Part shown: positions 63,964 to 64,000 of the stretch, one piece after another
How the letters are laid out: the number at the start of each line of letters is the position of its first letter
Numbering within the stretch: the first letter of the stretch is position 1
Source of the DNA: Candidatus Aquidulcis sp.
GTDB taxonomy: Bacteria > Chloroflexota > Anaerolineae > UBA4142
Reading direction: 5' to 3'
Length of the DNA: 64,000 nt
Assembly: GCA_020723345.1 (NCBI GenBank)
Contig: DYJA01000011.1
Span: forward strand, 43,349 to 107,348
Made by a program: the position numbers and the translations under genes
Notes under the pieces: generated by a model
The model's input: only the letters and a program-made list of their open reading frames with translations
The model's database searches: none
Told to the model about the DNA's origin: nothing

Positions 63964-64000
63964 CCGATAAAACCGCGATACTTGACGCATTCATTTCCAT

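Overview
This is a 64-kb bacterial window, roughly 55% GC by eye with some AT-richer blocks. The gene repertoire (CHAT-TPR, STAND-WD40, PA14, ECF-sigma modules, giant coiled-coil proteins) resembles filamentous or multicellular lineages such as Chloroflexota, but the taxon cannot be verified from the sequence.

Layout:
(i) 1-5864, minus strand: a type I R-M operon in the order hsdM, DUF6922-like/AbiEii pair, hsdS, RAYT (REP-associated tyrosine transposase), hsdR. It is peppered with GTAGAGACG...CGTCTCTAC palindromic REP-like elements, and several of these sit inside ORFs without breaking the frame.
(ii) 5.9-7.0 kb: an ORF-poor stretch with a near-consensus promoter, an intrinsic terminator and three direct repeats.
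(iii) 7-20 kb: two ECF-sigma / zf-HC2 / protease modules (an M48-like membrane metalloprotease and a CHAT-TPR protein) flank a crystallin-PA14-amidase wall hydrolase and a small Cys-rich secreted peptide.
(iv) 20.6-25.3 kb: two IS4-family insertions with readable inverted repeats and target-site duplications. One splits an HTH gene, and an orphan Phd antitoxin lies between them.
(v) 25.4-57.6 kb: the main item, 13 same-strand genes built around two paralogous modules that combine a vWA domain, transmembrane segments and a tubulin/FtsZ-like domain. One module is split over two genes and the other is fused into a 1782-aa protein. The locus also encodes a calcineurin-like phosphoesterase, a kinase-like giant protein and large helical proteins. 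An AT-rich cassette (KAP NTPase-FGE, SIR2, STAND-WD40) is nested in it, and paralogous ~1.2-kb gene segments with ~90% nucleotide identity in the best stretches bracket it.
(vi) 57.7-64 kb: envelope proteins (lipoproteins, a TolB-like propeller, an M23 peptidase with a discoidin domain).

No rRNA, tRNA or CRISPR array was seen. All domain calls rest on motifs read from the translations. None has been confirmed by a database search.
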